Virus record (IMG/VR): IMGVR_UViG_3300045988_100686
Coordinates: 64,001 to 128,000 of that record
DNA: 64,000 bases
Direction: 5' to 3' (one strand)
Source: a virus
Shown here: piece by piece, positions 63,059 through 64,000 of the stretch
Numbering within the stretch: the first letter of the stretch is position 1
Layout: every line of letters begins with the position of its first letter
Made by a program: the position numbers and the translations under genes
The notes under the pieces: model-generated
The model's input: the letters and a program-made list of their open reading frames with translations, nothing else
Told to the model about the DNA's origin: nothing
Databases searched by the model: none

Positions 63059-63976
63059 TTAGTTAAGCTTAACTGCCAAAACAAGTACATTTCCGCCAGA
63101 TTTGATTGTATTTGCATCAAACCATAGTACGCAACTAGTATCTGTCTGATCCATGCGTTCCATCGCTAACGGTTTGTACACATTGGTATTTGCTACATAC
63201 AGTATGTTAACCGGCATTATGACTGCGTTTATTTGCATTCCGAGCAGATTATCCTGCGCAGAATCTACCTTCCAGAAATCTTTATTACTATTATACCTGG
63301 GTCCAGAATACATTTGCATAACAGGTATACGCGCAACATTTTCTGCGAGCGAGTTAACCTGTTCCTGCATATCAGCTACTGCTAGTTCTATATGACCATC
63401 AGAAAGCTTGTTTAGATATTTCTGCAAATCAAACTCTGCAGAAAAATTAAACAAATTAGCCATATATTCGGTCTGATTCTTTGTGTAGAAAACCCTCAAA
63501 TATGAATTTTCCGCTACAACAGGACCAGGAACAGTTGATACTATTTTAGTATATTCCTCTGCTAATGGATATGCTACCTCAATGTTTGCAAGTATAGTTG
63601 CATCTATATGTTCTGGGAAAGTAAATGTAAGCCTATCATTTAATGCTGATGATATTACTGTACCAACATTTGTCTGAATGTAATCACGTTTTGCAAGGTC
63701 TATTGGTGGCACAGTGATCATAGATGCCACATAGGTTATATCGTCTGCCCAGTATCCATCAAGATCTCCCACCTTGACTGAATGAATACACTTTTTAAGT
63801 GTAGCTCCGTGTCTATTTACAATTATCTGGTCACAAAGATTACCCAGTCTGTATAGCTTAAACCCAGTATATCCGATATTGGTAGCTACGCCTTTGCAAT
63901 CCTTGATATTGATACGAATAGCTTCAACAGGATCAAAGATTGCAGGGTCAGACAGCGTGCCACTGTTCATATTCAC
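63059..63976 (-). CDS. tail/baseplate structural protein (305 aa)
   Basis: ORF, co-oriented. Confidence 0.45.
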   Translation of the reverse strand: MNMNSGTLSDPAIFDPVEAIRINIKDCKGVATNIGYTGFKLYRLGNLCDQIIVNRHGATLKKCIHSVKVGDLDGYWADDITYVASMITVPPIDLAKRDYIQTNVGTVISSALNDRLTFTFPEHIDATILANIEVAYPLAEEYTKIVSTVPGPVVAENSYLRVFYTKNQTEYMANLFNFSAEFDLQKYLNKLSDGHIELAVADMQEQVNSLAENVARIPVMQMYSGPRYNSNKDFWKVDSAQDNLLGMQINAVIMPVNILYVANTNVYKPLAMERMDQTDTSCVLWFDANTIKSGGNVLVLAVKLN

Positions 63977-64000
63977 TTCATACGCAGAAAATATGATTTC

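Overview
The window reads as a 64-kb stretch of a large virulent tailed phage that infects a low-GC Gram-positive host. Genes carry AGGAGG-type ribosome-binding sites and the DNA is about 40% GC. No rRNA, tRNA, CRISPR array, integrase or transposase was recognised.

Layout:
- Positions 1-23992, minus strand. A head-morphogenesis block containing a family of Gly/Ala-rich paralogous virion proteins, a candidate major capsid protein with biased codon usage, a scaffold-like protein and an HK97-type (S78-like) prohead protease fused to a zinc ribbon. The block is headed by a 900-aa protein covering regions D to G of the multisubunit RNA polymerase beta-prime subunit. Its N-terminus is a Hint/intein C-terminal fragment, and the DFDGD catalytic motif is absent from the ORF.
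- Positions 24150-33868, plus strand. A 9.7-kb island split into three transcription units by three rho-independent terminators. It encodes what looks like a complete ubiquitin-like conjugation system: a 77-aa beta-grasp-like protein ending in Gly, an E2-like protein, a JAMM/JAB metallopeptidase and an E1/ThiF-like enzyme, together with five unknown proteins (two of them Cys/Trp-rich). Finding this system phage-encoded and embedded among virion genes is the most striking feature of the window.
- Positions 33869-35056. A 1.2-kb non-coding convergent junction containing alternating GTGTAACC/GGTTACAC iterons, tandem GTGTAGA decamers and a (TA)n core. It is bracketed by two diverged copies of a roughly 118-bp direct repeat.
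- Positions 35057-63976, minus strand. A tail and fibre block containing three membrane proteins, three tandem tail-collar-domain fibre paralogs, several fibre or receptor-binding proteins with shuffled modules, a sigma-70 region-4-like regulator, and a transporter plus PP-loop ATPase cassette inserted between two paralogs. A glycine-rich fibre gene is interrupted at a G9 (C9 on the coding strand) homopolymer, which is a candidate phase-variation site.

All functional calls rest on motifs read by eye and are unverified by any database search.
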